A stretch of DNA of 64,000 bases from an uncultured Gammaproteobacteria bacterium (GCA_963695135.1 CAVOGA010000001.1:292431-356430), one strand, 5' to 3'; shown: positions 1 through 10,109, counted from the first letter of the stretch. Notes: a model not told the origin generated them from the sequence alone. Program-made: numbers and translations.

Positions 1-1
1 T

Positions 2-100
2 AACGGCCAGCCACTGCTGGACAATTGCGTGCGCCTCACCGTTGGCAGCAGCGACGACATGGCCGCCCTGCGCGCAGCCCTCGACGATTTTCAGCCCTGA
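2..100 (+). CDS. hisC: histidinol-phosphate aminotransferase, C-terminal fragment (runs off the 5' edge)
   Basis: Frame 2 reads ...NGQPLLDNCVRLTVGSSDDMAALRAALDDFQP, then TGA at 98-100. Position directly upstream of hisB fits his-operon order. Identity rests on 32 aa only. Confidence 0.55.
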   Translation, partial: NGQPLLDNCVRLTVGSSDDMAALRAALDDFQP

Positions 101-131
101 GCCCGACCCATCAACCAGGCATGACAACGAC

Positions 132-1202
132 ATGAGCCAGAAGAAGCGACGTATCCTGTTTATCGACCGGGATGGCACCCTGATCATCGAGCCGGAGGAC
201 TTCCAGATCGACAGCCTCGAGAAGCTGGAGCTTGTCGAGGGCGTGATTCCCGCCCTGCTCAGGCTGCGCGATGCGGGCTACGAGTTTGTCATCGTGAGCA
301 ACCAGGACGGCCTGGGCACGGACAGCTACCCGCAGGAAGACTTCCAGGTTCCCCACGCCAAGATGCTGCAGCTGTTCAACTCGCAGGGCATCCACTTCAG
401 CGCGGAACACATTGACCCGCATTTCGAGGAAGACGGCTCGCCAAACCGCAAACCGGGCATCGGCATGGTGCTCGATTACCTGAAGTCCGGCGAACTGGAC
501 CTGGCGGACAGCTGGGTGATCGGCGACCGCGAAACCGACCTGCAACTGGCCGCAAACATGGGCATCGGCGGCCTGCGCCTCGGGCCGGAAGGCCTGGACT
601 GGGACACGCTGGCCCACCAGCTGGTGACCCGGCCCCGTACCGGCGAGGTGCGCCGTACCACGAAAGAAACCGACATCCGGGTGCGCGTTGACCTGGACGG
701 CACCGGTACGACCATCGATACCGGTATCGGCTTTTTTGATCACATGCTGGACCAGATCGCTTCCCACGGCGGCTTTGCCCTGGAACTGAGCTGCAAGGGC
801 GACCTGGAAATCGACGAACACCACACGGTGGAGGACGTCGCCCTGGCACTGGGTGAAGCCCTGAACAAGGCGCTGGGCGACCGCCGCGGCATCGGCCGCT
901 ACGGTTTTGTCCTGCCCATGGACGAATCCCTGGCCCAGGTGACCGTGGACCTGTCCGGCCGGCCGGCGTTCGTGTTCATGGCCGAGTTTCCGCGGGACCA
1001 GGTCGGCCAGCTTTCGACGGAGATGGTGCGGCACTTCTTCGCCTCCCTGTCGCAATCCCTGGGCGCCGCCCTGCACCTGGAGGTCAGGGGGGAGAACACG
1101 CACCACATGGTGGAAGCGCTGTTCAAGGGCGCGGGCCGGGCGCTGCGGCCGGCGCTGGCCCGCTCCGGGTCGGAAATGCCCAGCACCAAGGGCATGCTTT
1201 GA
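132..1202 (+). CDS. hisB: bifunctional histidinol-phosphatase / imidazoleglycerol-phosphate dehydratase
   Basis: ORF 42..1202. Likely start is ATG 132 (MSQKKRRILFIDRDGTLI, HAD DxDGT motif). The C-terminal half is IGPD-like (HHTVEDVALALG, HHMVEALFKG). About 356 aa, like E. coli HisB. Confidence 0.93.
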   Translation: MSQKKRRILFIDRDGTLIIEPEDFQIDSLEKLELVEGVIPALLRLRDAGYEFVIVSNQDGLGTDSYPQEDFQVPHAKMLQLFNSQGIHFSAEHIDPHFEEDGSPNRKPGIGMVLDYLKSGELDLADSWVIGDRETDLQLAANMGIGGLRLGPEGLDWDTLAHQLVTRPRTGEVRRTTKETDIRVRVDLDGTGTTIDTGIGFFDHMLDQIASHGGFALELSCKGDLEIDEHHTVEDVALALGEALNKALGDRRGIGRYGFVLPMDESLAQVTVDLSGRPAFVFMAEFPRDQVGQLSTEMVRHFFASLSQSLGAALHLEVRGENTHHMVEALFKGAGRALRPALARSGSEMPSTKGML

Positions 1203-1212
1203 GCGCCCCGCC

Positions 1213-1806
1213 ATGAGCCTGGCCATCATTGACAGCGGCGGCGCCAACATCGCCTCGGTGCGCTTTGCCCTGCAGCGCCTCGGCGCCGACTCGGTTTTCA
1301 CCGCCGACCCGGCGGTCATCCAGCGCGCGGACCGTGTCATCCTGCCGGGCGTCGGTGCTGCGGCGGCGTCCATGCGCCACCTCCGTGAGCAGGGCCTGGT
1401 GGACTGCATACGTGCGCTGACCCAGCCCGTGCTGGGCATCTGCCTGGGCATGCAGCTGCTGTTCGACTCGTCGGAGGAGGGCGACGTGGACTGCCTGGGG
1501 CTGATTCCGGGCCGGCTCAGGCGCTTTCCCGGCAGTCCGGGCCTGCGCATACCGCACATGGGCTGGAACGCCGCCGATGCGCTGCGCCCGGATCCGCTGC
1601 TGAACGACCTGGGGGAAACCCCGTGGTTCTATTTCGTCCACAGTTACTATGCTCCGGTCAGTGATGCGACGCTGGCGGTCACGACCCATGGGCTGCCGTT
1701 CAGCGCCATGGTGCAGCGCGGCAACTTCCGCGGCGCGCAGTTTCACCCGGAGCGCTCGGCCGGCGCCGGAGCGCAGGTGCTTAAAAATTTCCTGGAGCTG
1801 TCATGA
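1213..1806 (+). CDS. hisH: imidazole glycerol phosphate synthase, glutamine amidotransferase subunit
   Basis: 197 aa; class I GATase motifs (ILPGVG, GICLGMQLL, FHPERS); his-operon context. Confidence 0.93.
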   Translation: MSLAIIDSGGANIASVRFALQRLGADSVFTADPAVIQRADRVILPGVGAAAASMRHLREQGLVDCIRALTQPVLGICLGMQLLFDSSEEGDVDCLGLIPGRLRRFPGSPGLRIPHMGWNAADALRPDPLLNDLGETPWFYFVHSYYAPVSDATLAVTTHGLPFSAMVQRGNFRGAQFHPERSAGAGAQVLKNFLELS

Positions 1807-2537
1807 ACCTGATACCCGCAATCGACCTGCTGGACGGACGCTGTGTGCGCCTGGTGCACGGGGACTTCCGCAACGTCACCTTCTACGACGAGGAACCCGA
1901 GGATATTGCCCGGCGCTACCATGAAGAGGGCGCGCGCTGGCTGCACGTGGTGGACCTGGCGGCCTCCCGCGACGGCGAGTCGGCGGATACCGCAGCGCTG
2001 TTCAAGCTGATCCACAGCGCCGACCAGATGATCCAGACCGGCGGCGGTGTGCGGTCGGGAACCGACATCGTGGAGCGCCTCCAGGAAGGCGCCGACCGGG
2101 TGGTAATCGGCAGCCTGTGCGCCAAGGACCCGGAACGCTTTCTCCGCTGGGTCGCGCAGCACGGCGCCGACCGGATTGTCGCCGCACTGGACGTGCAGAT
2201 TGACCCGGCCGGGGTTCCCTATCCGCGAATTTTTGGCTGGACCGAGGCAGCCGGGATGGACCTGTGGACACTTCTCGACCAGTTAATGGCAGGTGGCCTG
2301 CGCCACGCGCTGGTCACCGACATCAGCCGGGACGGCGCCATGAAAGGCCCCAACGTGGACCTGTACCGGGACATCATCACGCGCTATCCGGACCTGCAGT
2401 TGCAGGCATCCGGCGGCGTGAGCCGAATCAGCGACCTGGTCGAACTGAAAGCAGCGGGCGCCACGTCGGTCATCGTTGGCAAGGCCCTGCTGGAAGGCGC
2501 CATCAAACTGCCAATGGCGCTGAGCGCCTTGCGGTGA
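1803..2537 (+). CDS. hisA: ProFAR isomerase
   Basis: 244 aa starting [22 protein letters not shown]; ATGA overlap with the hisH stop. Confidence 0.93.
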   Translation: MNLIPAIDLLDGRCVRLVHGDFRNVTFYDEEPEDIARRYHEEGARWLHVVDLAASRDGESADTAALFKLIHSADQMIQTGGGVRSGTDIVERLQEGADRVVIGSLCAKDPERFLRWVAQHGADRIVAALDVQIDPAGVPYPRIFGWTEAAGMDLWTLLDQLMAGGLRHALVTDISRDGAMKGPNVDLYRDIITRYPDLQLQASGGVSRISDLVELKAAGATSVIVGKALLEGAIKLPMALSALR

Positions 2538-3325
2538 CGGCCACCAGCACAGGCCTGGCCCGGCGCATCATTCCCTGCCTGGACGTGCGCGACGGGCAGG
2601 TGGTGAAAGGCGTGCAGTTTCGCAACCACCGGGTCATGGGTGAGATCGTCGAGCTCGCCAGCCGCTACAGCCTCGAGGGCGCCGACGAACTGGTTTTCTA
2701 CGATATTACGGCCAGCCCGGAAGGCCGGTCCGTGGACCATTCCTGGGTCAGCCGCGTTGCGGAAGTCATCGATATTCCCTTTTGCGTGGCCGGCGGCATC
2801 CGCACCGTGGACGAAGCGCGACGCATCCTGCGCGCCGGCGCGGACAAGGTGTCGGTGAACACCCCGGCAGTCCGCAACCCGGACCTGGTCAATGCGCTGG
2901 CCGATGCCTTCGGCAGCCAGTGCGTGGTGGTCGGAATCGACTCGATCGTGCAGGATGACGGCAGCTGGACCACGCGCCAGATGACCGGTAACCCGGACGC
3001 CATGGAAGCCACGGGACTCGACACCCTGGCCTGGATCGGCGAGGTGGTGGAACGCGGCGCGGGCGAAATCGTCCTGAACTGCATGGGCAGCGACGGCACG
3101 CGGGACGGCTATGACCTGGTCCAGCTCACCGCGGCGCGCGAAGTATGCCCGGTGCCCCTGATCGCCTCCGGCGGCGCCGGGGAAGCGCGGCATTTCACCG
3201 AGGTCTTCACGACTGCGGATGTGGACGGCGCGCTGGCCGCAACCGTTTTCCACAACGGCAGCTTGCCGATACCCGAGCTGAAGCGCATGCTCGCCGGCGC
3301 AGGAATAGGAGTAAGACCATGCTGA
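2534..3325 (+). CDS. hisF: imidazole glycerol phosphate synthase cyclase subunit
   Basis: In-frame GTG at 2534 overlaps the hisA stop (GTGA) and gives [26 protein letters not shown]. The 2264 start in the ORF track adds an Arg/Pro-rich, non-protein-like extension inside hisA. Confidence 0.9.
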   Translation: MTATSTGLARRIIPCLDVRDGQVVKGVQFRNHRVMGEIVELASRYSLEGADELVFYDITASPEGRSVDHSWVSRVAEVIDIPFCVAGGIRTVDEARRILRAGADKVSVNTPAVRNPDLVNALADAFGSQCVVVGIDSIVQDDGSWTTRQMTGNPDAMEATGLDTLAWIGEVVERGAGEIVLNCMGSDGTRDGYDLVQLTAAREVCPVPLIASGGAGEARHFTEVFTTADVDGALAATVFHNGSLPIPELKRMLAGAGIGVRPC

Positions 3326-3951
3326 ATGCAGACCCGGATTGGGAAAAGATGGAAGGGCTTTTGCCCGCCATTGTCCAGGACGCGCTGGACGGGCGGGTGC
3401 TGATGCTCGGCTACATGAACCGCGACGCGCTTCAGGTAACGATGGAAAGCGGCCAGGTGACGTTCTGGAGCCGCAGCCGCCAGGCCCTGTGGACCAAGGG
3501 CGAAACCTCGGGCAACAGCCTGAATTTCGTCGACGCCACGCTGGATTGCGATCAGGACTGCCTGCTCATCCGGGCACACCCGGCAGGGCCGACCTGTCAC
3601 CGGGGCACCCCCACCTGCTTCGATCCGCTGGATGACCCCGGCAATGGACCGCAGCCCGACCTGGCGTTCCTGGCCACCCTGGAACGCGTCATTCACCAGC
3701 GGGACCTGGATCGACCGGAGGGCAGCTATACCACGAGGCTGTTTGAAGAAGGGGTCAAGCGCGTATCGCAGAAAGTCGGTGAGGAGGGCGTGGAAGCCGC
3801 CCTGGCCGGTGTGGCGGGAGAGCGCGAAGAGCTCATCAATGAGTCAGCGGACCTGGTTTACCACCTGATGGTGCTGCTGCGCACCCGGCGCATCAGCCTG
3901 GCCGACCTGCTGGCAACACTGCGCGAGCGCCACGGCCAGATCAGGGACTAG
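3319..3951 (+). CDS. hisI: bifunctional phosphoribosyl-AMP cyclohydrolase / phosphoribosyl-ATP pyrophosphatase
   Basis: ATG 3319 gives [21 protein letters not shown]. Cyclohydrolase half ([16 protein letters not shown]) plus PRA-PH half (EEGVEAALA...[13 protein letters not shown]). Confidence 0.9.
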   Translation: MLNADPDWEKMEGLLPAIVQDALDGRVLMLGYMNRDALQVTMESGQVTFWSRSRQALWTKGETSGNSLNFVDATLDCDQDCLLIRAHPAGPTCHRGTPTCFDPLDDPGNGPQPDLAFLATLERVIHQRDLDRPEGSYTTRLFEEGVKRVSQKVGEEGVEAALAGVAGEREELINESADLVYHLMVLLRTRRISLADLLATLRERHGQIRD

Positions 3952-3992
3952 AACCGGGCGCAATGCCGGACCCGGGGACCAGCCGCGCAGGG

Positions 3993-4892
3993 CTAATCCC
4001 GGGCTACCACCGCCGGCAAGGCCTTGAGATAGGCCGCGATCGCGGCACGGTCCGCATCGTCCAGGCGGGACATGTTGGCCTGCACGGCCGCCATGCTGCC
4101 GCCGACCACGTCAAAGTCCGGATCAACACCGGACTCCAGGTAGTAGGCAATGTCATCAGCGCTCCAGTCGGCAAAGGCTGAGTTGCCCGGCGTGATATTG
4201 GGCACCTGGCCCTCGCCATCCGGATTGGGTGCGCCGCCCAGCCAGCGATCCAACTCCAGCGCCTGGGCCAGGTTGCGCGGCGTGTGGCACTCACCACAGT
4301 GGCCCGGGCCCTCGACAAGGTAGCGGCCGCGCTCAAGCTGCTCGTCGCCGGGCGGAACCGGGATCACCGGCGCGCTGTCCAGGTAGAGCCGCTTCCAGGC
4401 GCCCAGGGCGCGACGGATATTGAACGGAAACGCCAGCTCGTTGGGCCCCACGACATTCGGGTCAGCCGGCATCCGGTCCAGGAAGGCCTTCAGATCAAGC
4501 AGGTCGGTCCGGCGCATGCGTGTGTACGAGGTGTAGGGAAAGGCCGGGTAGTAATTCCTGCCGTCCGGCGAAACACCGCGCTGCATGGCATTGAGAAAAT
4601 CCAGCTCGCTCCAGGCGCCTATGCCCTGTTCCCGGTCCGGCGTGATATTCGGCACGCGAAACAACCCGATGGGGCTTTCCATCTCCAGGCCGCCCGCCAG
4701 CACGTCACGCTGTGGCTTGCCGTCCACGATGCGGCCGTGACAGGAGGCGCATCCGCCCGCATTGAACAGGCGCTCACCATTGGCCAGGTCCGGTTGATGA
4801 GCCGGTACATCGCCCGGACCCAGCGCCTCGGGCCGGCTGAACCACCAGCCGGCCAGGGCAAGAACCACCAGGACCAGGAACAGCTTTTTCAT
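3993..4892 (-). CDS. dihaem c-type cytochrome (signal-anchored)
   Basis: 299 aa; N-terminal hydrophobic signal (MKKLFLVLVVLALAGWW); two CxxCH haem motifs (CASCH, CGECH). Confidence 0.85.
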   Translation of the reverse strand: MKKLFLVLVVLALAGWWFSRPEALGPGDVPAHQPDLANGERLFNAGGCASCHGRIVDGKPQRDVLAGGLEMESPIGLFRVPNITPDREQGIGAWSELDFLNAMQRGVSPDGRNYYPAFPYTSYTRMRRTDLLDLKAFLDRMPADPNVVGPNELAFPFNIRRALGAWKRLYLDSAPVIPVPPGDEQLERGRYLVEGPGHCGECHTPRNLAQALELDRWLGGAPNPDGEGQVPNITPGNSAFADWSADDIAYYLESGVDPDFDVVGGSMAAVQANMSRLDDADRAAIAAYLKALPAVVARD

Positions 4893-4904
4893 GCGGCCAG
4901 GCGG

Positions 4905-5339
4905 TTAGTCCTTCTCGACACGGAAGTCGTCGTGACAGCCCTTGCAGGTTTTCAGGATGCCCTGGAGCGCCGGCTGCAGCGTTTCCACCGAGTCGATGTT
5001 GGCATCCTGGGCAGCCTCAACTGCCGCCGCGAAATCCATGAAAGCAACATCAAAGCCGGCCCGGTCGGTCCAGATCGTGGCCTTGGCCTCCGTGTCGTAA
5101 CCGGTATCAGAGCCCGGCGGGAAATAGTTCGGCCCTTCCTCGGCCGTGTTCTCAAACACCGCGAGGCTGGCGGTGACCGTTTCCGCGTTAAAGTCCACCT
5201 GGCCGCGGGTCATGCCGATCAGGGGTTTGAGCGCGTCCCGGGTCTGCTCCATAAGGTGCTGGCGCTGTTCGATCGGGTTATCCCCATCAGCAATGGCGAA
5301 CAACGGCAGGGCGAGAGCGAGAAGAGCAAAACGTTTCAT
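4905..5339 (-). CDS. class II cytochrome c (cytochrome c-prime / c556 family)
   Basis: 144 aa; signal peptide MKRFALLALALPLFAIA; single CxxCH (CKGCH) 10 residues from the C-terminus, the class II hallmark. Confidence 0.8.
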   Translation of the reverse strand: MKRFALLALALPLFAIADGDNPIEQRQHLMEQTRDALKPLIGMTRGQVDFNAETVTASLAVFENTAEEGPNYFPPGSDTGYDTEAKATIWTDRAGFDVAFMDFAAAVEAAQDANIDSVETLQPALQGILKTCKGCHDDFRVEKD

Positions 5340-5429
5340 GGGTTACCTCCAATGATTAAGACAGCAAGCTGAATTCTGAACCGAATCCTACCATGCAATC
5401 CCACCCGGGATTGAGGCATTATCACGCCT

Positions 5430-5942
5430 ATGACCAGTGACGCTAAGCCCATTATCGAGCCTGCCGGGCACCATGACCTGGCGGGCATTCTCGACATCCT
5501 GAACCATTTCATCCTGCACGATCACTGCACTTTTGACACGCAGCCATGGTCCCCCGGGGACAAGCAGGCATGGTTCGAAAGCTTCGGTGAGAAGCCTCAA
5601 TATCTCCTGTTGGTGGCGCGGCAGGGTGACGATATTCTGGGCTATGCGCACAGCGGCCAGTGGCGCGGCAAGCGCGCCTACGACGTGACCGTTGAGACCA
5701 CCGTGTACGTGGCGGCCGGGCATGCCGGACGGGGCCTGGGCCGGGCGCTGCTGGGCGATTTGCTGCACCGGCTCGAAGACACACCGGCGCGCCGTGCGGT
5801 TGCAGGCGTTGCCCAGCCCAATTCCGCATCCAACCGGCTGCATGAATCCCTGGGCTTCAGCGCCGTCGGAACGTTTCACGGGGTGGGCCACAAATTCGGG
5901 AAATTTTGGGATGTGCGCTGGTTTGAGCGCTCAATCCCCTGA
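5430..5942 (+). CDS. GNAT family N-acetyltransferase (phosphinothricin-acetyltransferase-like)
   Basis: 170 aa; acetyl-CoA pocket-like RGLGRALLGDLL; overall PAT-like layout. Confidence 0.8.
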   Translation: MTSDAKPIIEPAGHHDLAGILDILNHFILHDHCTFDTQPWSPGDKQAWFESFGEKPQYLLLVARQGDDILGYAHSGQWRGKRAYDVTVETTVYVAAGHAGRGLGRALLGDLLHRLEDTPARRAVAGVAQPNSASNRLHESLGFSAVGTFHGVGHKFGKFWDVRWFERSIP

Positions 5943-6015
5943 TTCACCCTGCTGCAACGCGCCAATCACCTGGAAAATTTGATTGACCTGCTTCGAGCTT
6001 AAGCTTAGAATCGCA

Positions 6016-6033
6016 ATTCGTCGAATTACGAAT
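6016..6033. promoter_or_regulatory. candidate ArsR operator (inverted repeat ATTCGT-N6-ACGAAT)
   Basis: Perfect 6-bp arms at 6016-6021 and 6028-6033, 11 nt upstream of the ArsR start in an AT-rich leader. Confidence 0.3.
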
Positions 6034-6043
6034 ATTAGCCGAG

Positions 6044-6319
6044 ATGAATAAACGCAAAATCGAGCAGGTGGCCAACACCTTCCGCGCCCTGGGGCACCCG
6101 GTGCGACTGCAGATCGTGCAGATCCTGCTGGACCGTGGCGCACTGTTCGCAGGCGATATTACGCGGCGCCTGCCGGTGGTCGCCTCCACCGCCTCCCAGC
6201 ACCTGAAAATCCTCCGGGAGGCCGGGCTTATTGAGCAGGCAACGGACGGTCCGCACCGCTACTACTCCATCGACAAGCAGGCGCTGCTGGACCTCAAGGC
6301 GCTGGTGAGAAAGCTCTAG
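6044..6319 (+). CDS. ArsR/SmtB family transcriptional regulator
   Basis: 91 aa; winged HTH (FRALGHPVRLQIVQILL...STASQHLKILREAGLI). Confidence 0.88.
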   Translation: MNKRKIEQVANTFRALGHPVRLQIVQILLDRGALFAGDITRRLPVVASTASQHLKILREAGLIEQATDGPHRYYSIDKQALLDLKALVRKL

Positions 6320-6330
6320 GCAACCGCCAG

Positions 6331-7710
6331 TCAGGCCCCCGCCAGATCGACCACCTGCCCGGCTTCAGCCACGTTGACCGTGGCTTCGAAGCGCTCTCGC
6401 AGGTGCGCGGCCAGGGCCTGTTGCGCCTCCGGCTCACCGTGCACCAGCTGCACCGGCGGATGATCTGCGATCCCGGAGTACCAGCGCGCCAGGTCCGCCT
6501 GATCCCCGTGGGCCGAGAAGCCCCCCAGCGTGTGAATCTTTGCCCGCACCGACACATCCTCGCCATAGATTCGCACATGCGATGCGCCGTCCACCAGCTT
6601 GCGACCGGTTGAACCGCGCGCCATGTAGCCGGGAATGATCACCTGGGTGCTGGCCAGCGGCAGGTTGTGACGCAGGTGGTGGACAATCCTGCCGCCGTTA
6701 CACATGCCGCTGCCGGCGATAATAATGGCCCCGGAGCGGATCCGGTTGATCGCCATGGATTCTTCCGTATCGCGGCTGAGCTGCAGGTTCGGCAGCAGCG
6801 GGCTGTGGTCGTTCTCGTCCCGCAGTTCGGTTGCTTCCTCGTCGTAGAGATGGCGGTAGCGCCAGTAGACCTCGGTGGCCTCGATGGCCATCGGGCTGTC
6901 CAGGAAAATCTGGAAGCGCTGCATTCCCCACTCGTCAAAGTGCTTGGCGAACTGGTAGAGGATTTCCTGGCTGCGCCCGATGGCAAAGGCGGGAATCAGG
7001 ATATTGCCATTGCTGGCGGCGCTGATGATCTCCCCCATTTCCACGACGGTCGCGTCGCGGCCCCGGTGCATGCGATCGCCGTAGGTTGATTCCATGATGA
7101 CCAGGTCCGCCCGCTCCGGCGACTCCGGATCGCGCAGGATCGGCGAGTTGTACTGACCGAGGTCACCCGAGAACACGAGGGTGCGTCGTACGCCCTCCTC
7201 CTCCAGCGCCAGCTCGACCACGCAGGACCCGATGATGTGACCGGCATCGCGGAACCGCACCTGCAAACCGGGCACCACCTCGAACCATTGCCCGTAAGCC
7301 TGCGGGCTCATGCGCTTCATGACCGCCCGGCCATCCTCGGCGGTGAACAGCGGCATGTGCTTCTTGCCCTTCTTGCGGGTCAGGTAGGCCGCCTCCCGCT
7401 CTTCGAGATGCGCCGCATCCGCCAGCAATATCGCGACCAGCTCGCAGGTCGCGCGCTGGGCGAAAACCGGGCCGCGGAACCCCCGCTTGACCAGCAGGGG
7501 CAAACGGCCGCAATGATCCAGGTGGGCGTGACTGAGCACCACCGCATCAATCTTTGCCGCCTCGAAAGGAAAGGGATCCCGGTTGCGGGCCTCGTCTGCG
7601 CGGCCACCCTGGATCAGGCCGCAGTCAAGCAGCACCCGGTGGCCGCCAATCTCCAGGATATGGCAGGACCCGGTTACCTCGCCTGCCGCGCCAAAAAATT
7701 GAATTTTCAT
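6331..7710 (-). CDS. MBL-fold metallo-hydrolase with beta-CASP / RNA-specificity domain
   Basis: Start taken at ATG 7710 (MKIQFFGAAGEVTGSCH). HxHxDH motif (SHAHLDHCG); C-terminal GFSAHGDQ typical of beta-CASP. Confidence 0.88.
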   Translation of the reverse strand: MKIQFFGAAGEVTGSCHILEIGGHRVLLDCGLIQGGRADEARNRDPFPFEAAKIDAVVLSHAHLDHCGRLPLLVKRGFRGPVFAQRATCELVAILLADAAHLEEREAAYLTRKKGKKHMPLFTAEDGRAVMKRMSPQAYGQWFEVVPGLQVRFRDAGHIIGSCVVELALEEEGVRRTLVFSGDLGQYNSPILRDPESPERADLVIMESTYGDRMHRGRDATVVEMGEIISAASNGNILIPAFAIGRSQEILYQFAKHFDEWGMQRFQIFLDSPMAIEATEVYWRYRHLYDEEATELRDENDHSPLLPNLQLSRDTEESMAINRIRSGAIIIAGSGMCNGGRIVHHLRHNLPLASTQVIIPGYMARGSTGRKLVDGASHVRIYGEDVSVRAKIHTLGGFSAHGDQADLARWYSGIADHPPVQLVHGEPEAQQALAAHLRERFEATVNVAEAGQVVDLAGA

Positions 7711-7724
7711 AAAGGCTCCAGGGC

Positions 7725-10109
7725 TCAGTGCAGCGGGTTGCCGCAACCCCGCAACACGCGGCCGCCGACATTTACCGCAACCGTGGTCTGATACTCGACG
7801 TCGACCATCGTGTCCGTGCAGGGTCCGGGCGTCAGTTCGACACGAATAGACAGACCCCGCGCCTGGCCGGTAAACACATTGCCCGGTCCCTCCTCCAACA
7901 GCTCCGGGCCTTCGGCCATGAACCGGAAGCGCTCCGCACCGTAATCGGTCACCAGCAGACTTTCCCCGGAAGAGAACAGTTCCAGATGCCAGCCAGGCTC
8001 GTTGCCGACCGCACGAAAGTCAGCACCGCGCAATTTCGCGTCTTCCCACACGGAATAGTAGCTGTTGACCTTGCACTGCAGGGATTTGCCGTTAACCTCC
8101 AGCGTGGCTTCATCGCCCTTGGCCCAGAACGACAGGCCACGGGTTTCATATTTAGCGCCGGACGCGCTGCGGGCCGGCTTCAGCGTACGCTGTTCCTGGT
8201 CAATCCACAGGTACATGTCGCCATCCTTCATGCTGCTGACCAGGTAGCGGCCATCTTCACAGTCCCAGGCCCAGTTGGTCTGGCGAACAACTTCCTGAGC
8301 CTCGGCTTCCGGCTCAACAATTTGCGGCAGTGCCGCGACGATCGCCACCGGCTCCGGCAGCACGGTGGCCGGCGCGTCTTCGCTCATCATCCGCTGACGC
8401 GCCAGCGGAATCGGCGGGCCGCCCAGGGACAGGAACTCGTCGTGAAATGCCTTCCAGGCCTCGCGCCCGCCCCGCTCCGCGGTCCAGTCATCGCGAAGCT
8501 GCTTGATCATCAGCTTGCCAAGGGTGTAGTTCAGGTACGCCGGATCGTAGGTGCCCCGCGCCGCCTGCTGGATCGCGGTGCCTTCACTCTGGTAAGCCTC
8601 TTCCATGAAGAAGACCCTGGCATCTTCCACGCTCCAGCCCTGCGTATGCAGGCCAATGCTGGCCAGGAACCGGGCATTGCGCAGCAGGGCGTTGCTCAGC
8701 TGACCGATGCGTGTCTCGGCATCGGCATTGCGCAGGCCGGCCTCCAGCATCATCTCTTCCGTGTAATGCGCCCAGCCTTCACCGAAGGCATAGCTGACGA
8801 AGGCGCGGCCAAAAATCCACGGCGCGCGGTTCGCATGCATGAAGTTCAGGAAATGGCCGGGCCAGACCTCGTGTACCGAGGTGAACAGCAAGTCCGACTC
8901 GCCCGGAATGTAACCCTCCTGAACATCTTCCGGCCAGGCCGGATTCGGGGGCGTGATGTAGTAGACCGATGGCTGGTTCTCTTCCCACGGCCCCGGGATG
9001 GAAATGTAGGCAGAGTTGGACCGCGCGTAGGGCGGTGACTCCTCCACCAGGGCGAGTTCATCGCCGGGAATGCTGACCAGGTCCGCTTCCACCAGGAATG
9101 CACGGGTTTCCTCGAGCTGCCGGCGGGCGGCGGCAACCGGGCCACCCTCCGGCTTGCGCGCGGACATTTTGTCCATGCAGTTGGGCAGGTCCATGCCCGG
9201 GGCAAACTCGGCACAGGCGTTGCGCAGGGCGGCCAGGTTGCGCTCCATGTCAGCGCGGCCGGCAGCCTCCAGCTCGGCCAGGTCCATGTCAACCCGTTCG
9301 GTATCCCAGAGCATTTCCGCGTAAAGCTGCGGGCCCAGGGCAAAGCTCTGGTCCGCGATGGTCTTGCCCAGTTCCATCCAGTCAGCCAGGTCACTCATGG
9401 CGGCGACCGCCGTCGCATTGGCCCGCTTGAAGCGCGCCTGCAGTTCCGGGTTGTCCACGGAGGCAAAAATGGCCGGCACATCGTCCCGGAAATAGCTGGC
9501 GTAACCGGCGAAGGTGTCCTGGCCGAGCTGCAGCCAGGTTTCCGGCATGGGCATGCGCAGGTTGTTGCGGATCTGTGCCGCGGCGAAGGGCAGCGCCTCC
9601 AGGTACCGCGTGAAGGACACCATGCGCTCTTCGAGGGGCGCATAGTCCAGCGTGAGGTAGGGGGCGGGGTCCAGCGAATCATTCATCCAGCCGAAATAGA
9701 ACTGGGGATTCCGGTAGGGCCAGCGCGCCTTGACCAGCCAGAACAGGTCATGGTCCATGCGGGCAACGAAATAATCGCGCTGGTACTGCTGCTCTGCTGA
9801 CAGGCTGTCATCGGCGAAAGCGAGGGCATCACGCCGCGCCTTGCGCAGACGCTGCGCCTCGCGCTCCAGGCCCTCCTGGCTCCAGTCCGGCAGCTTGCCG
9901 TCAAACTCGTGACGGCCCTGCGTCACCGCCCAGGCAGGGTGCGCAGCCAGGTAAGTCTCGATCTGCCCATCGATGAACACGTCCCAGGGATGAGGTGGAG
10001 GCGGCTCCGGCGCTGCAACGGTCTGCGGCTCGTCGTTGTTGCCGCCGCAGGCAACCAGCAGCAGGGTGAACAGCGCGGCCAGGGCCGGCGCAAGGCGAAG
10101 TTTTTTCAT
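7725..10109 (-). CDS. DUF885-family lipoprotein fused to a C-terminal MliC-like plus COG3650-like module
   Basis: 794 aa; lipobox LLVAC; DUF885-type HEVWPGH motif. After an acidic/Pro linker, the last ~190 aa (WAWDCEDGRYLV...LQCKVN...GCGNPLH) resemble lysozyme-inhibitor/META-type beta domains. Confidence 0.8.
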   Translation of the reverse strand: MKKLRLAPALAALFTLLLVACGGNNDEPQTVAAPEPPPPHPWDVFIDGQIETYLAAHPAWAVTQGRHEFDGKLPDWSQEGLEREAQRLRKARRDALAFADDSLSAEQQYQRDYFVARMDHDLFWLVKARWPYRNPQFYFGWMNDSLDPAPYLTLDYAPLEERMVSFTRYLEALPFAAAQIRNNLRMPMPETWLQLGQDTFAGYASYFRDDVPAIFASVDNPELQARFKRANATAVAAMSDLADWMELGKTIADQSFALGPQLYAEMLWDTERVDMDLAELEAAGRADMERNLAALRNACAEFAPGMDLPNCMDKMSARKPEGGPVAAARRQLEETRAFLVEADLVSIPGDELALVEESPPYARSNSAYISIPGPWEENQPSVYYITPPNPAWPEDVQEGYIPGESDLLFTSVHEVWPGHFLNFMHANRAPWIFGRAFVSYAFGEGWAHYTEEMMLEAGLRNADAETRIGQLSNALLRNARFLASIGLHTQGWSVEDARVFFMEEAYQSEGTAIQQAARGTYDPAYLNYTLGKLMIKQLRDDWTAERGGREAWKAFHDEFLSLGGPPIPLARQRMMSEDAPATVLPEPVAIVAALPQIVEPEAEAQEVVRQTNWAWDCEDGRYLVSSMKDGDMYLWIDQEQRTLKPARSASGAKYETRGLSFWAKGDEATLEVNGKSLQCKVNSYYSVWEDAKLRGADFRAVGNEPGWHLELFSSGESLLVTDYGAERFRFMAEGPELLEEGPGNVFTGQARGLSIRVELTPGPCTDTMVDVEYQTTVAVNVGGRVLRGCGNPLH

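Noticed and set aside
111-1559. 482-aa minus-strand ORF covering hisB/hisH. The same applies to similar long antisense ORFs, e.g. 34847..36865 (672 aa), 30610..32346 (578 aa), 48771..50315 (514 aa), 26553..27782, 27852..28988, 46044..47234 and 15621..16619.
   Set aside because: They are Arg/Gly/Ala/Pro-rich shadow ORFs lying antisense or out of frame to genes with clear family motifs. Such ORFs are expected in GC-rich DNA where stop codons are rare. None shows a recognisable motif.
2264-2533. N-terminal 90-aa extension of hisF suggested by the ORF track.
   Set aside because: The extension lies wholly inside hisA and its composition is non-protein-like ([25 protein letters not shown]...). A GTG at 2534 overlapping the hisA stop gives a normal-length HisF.
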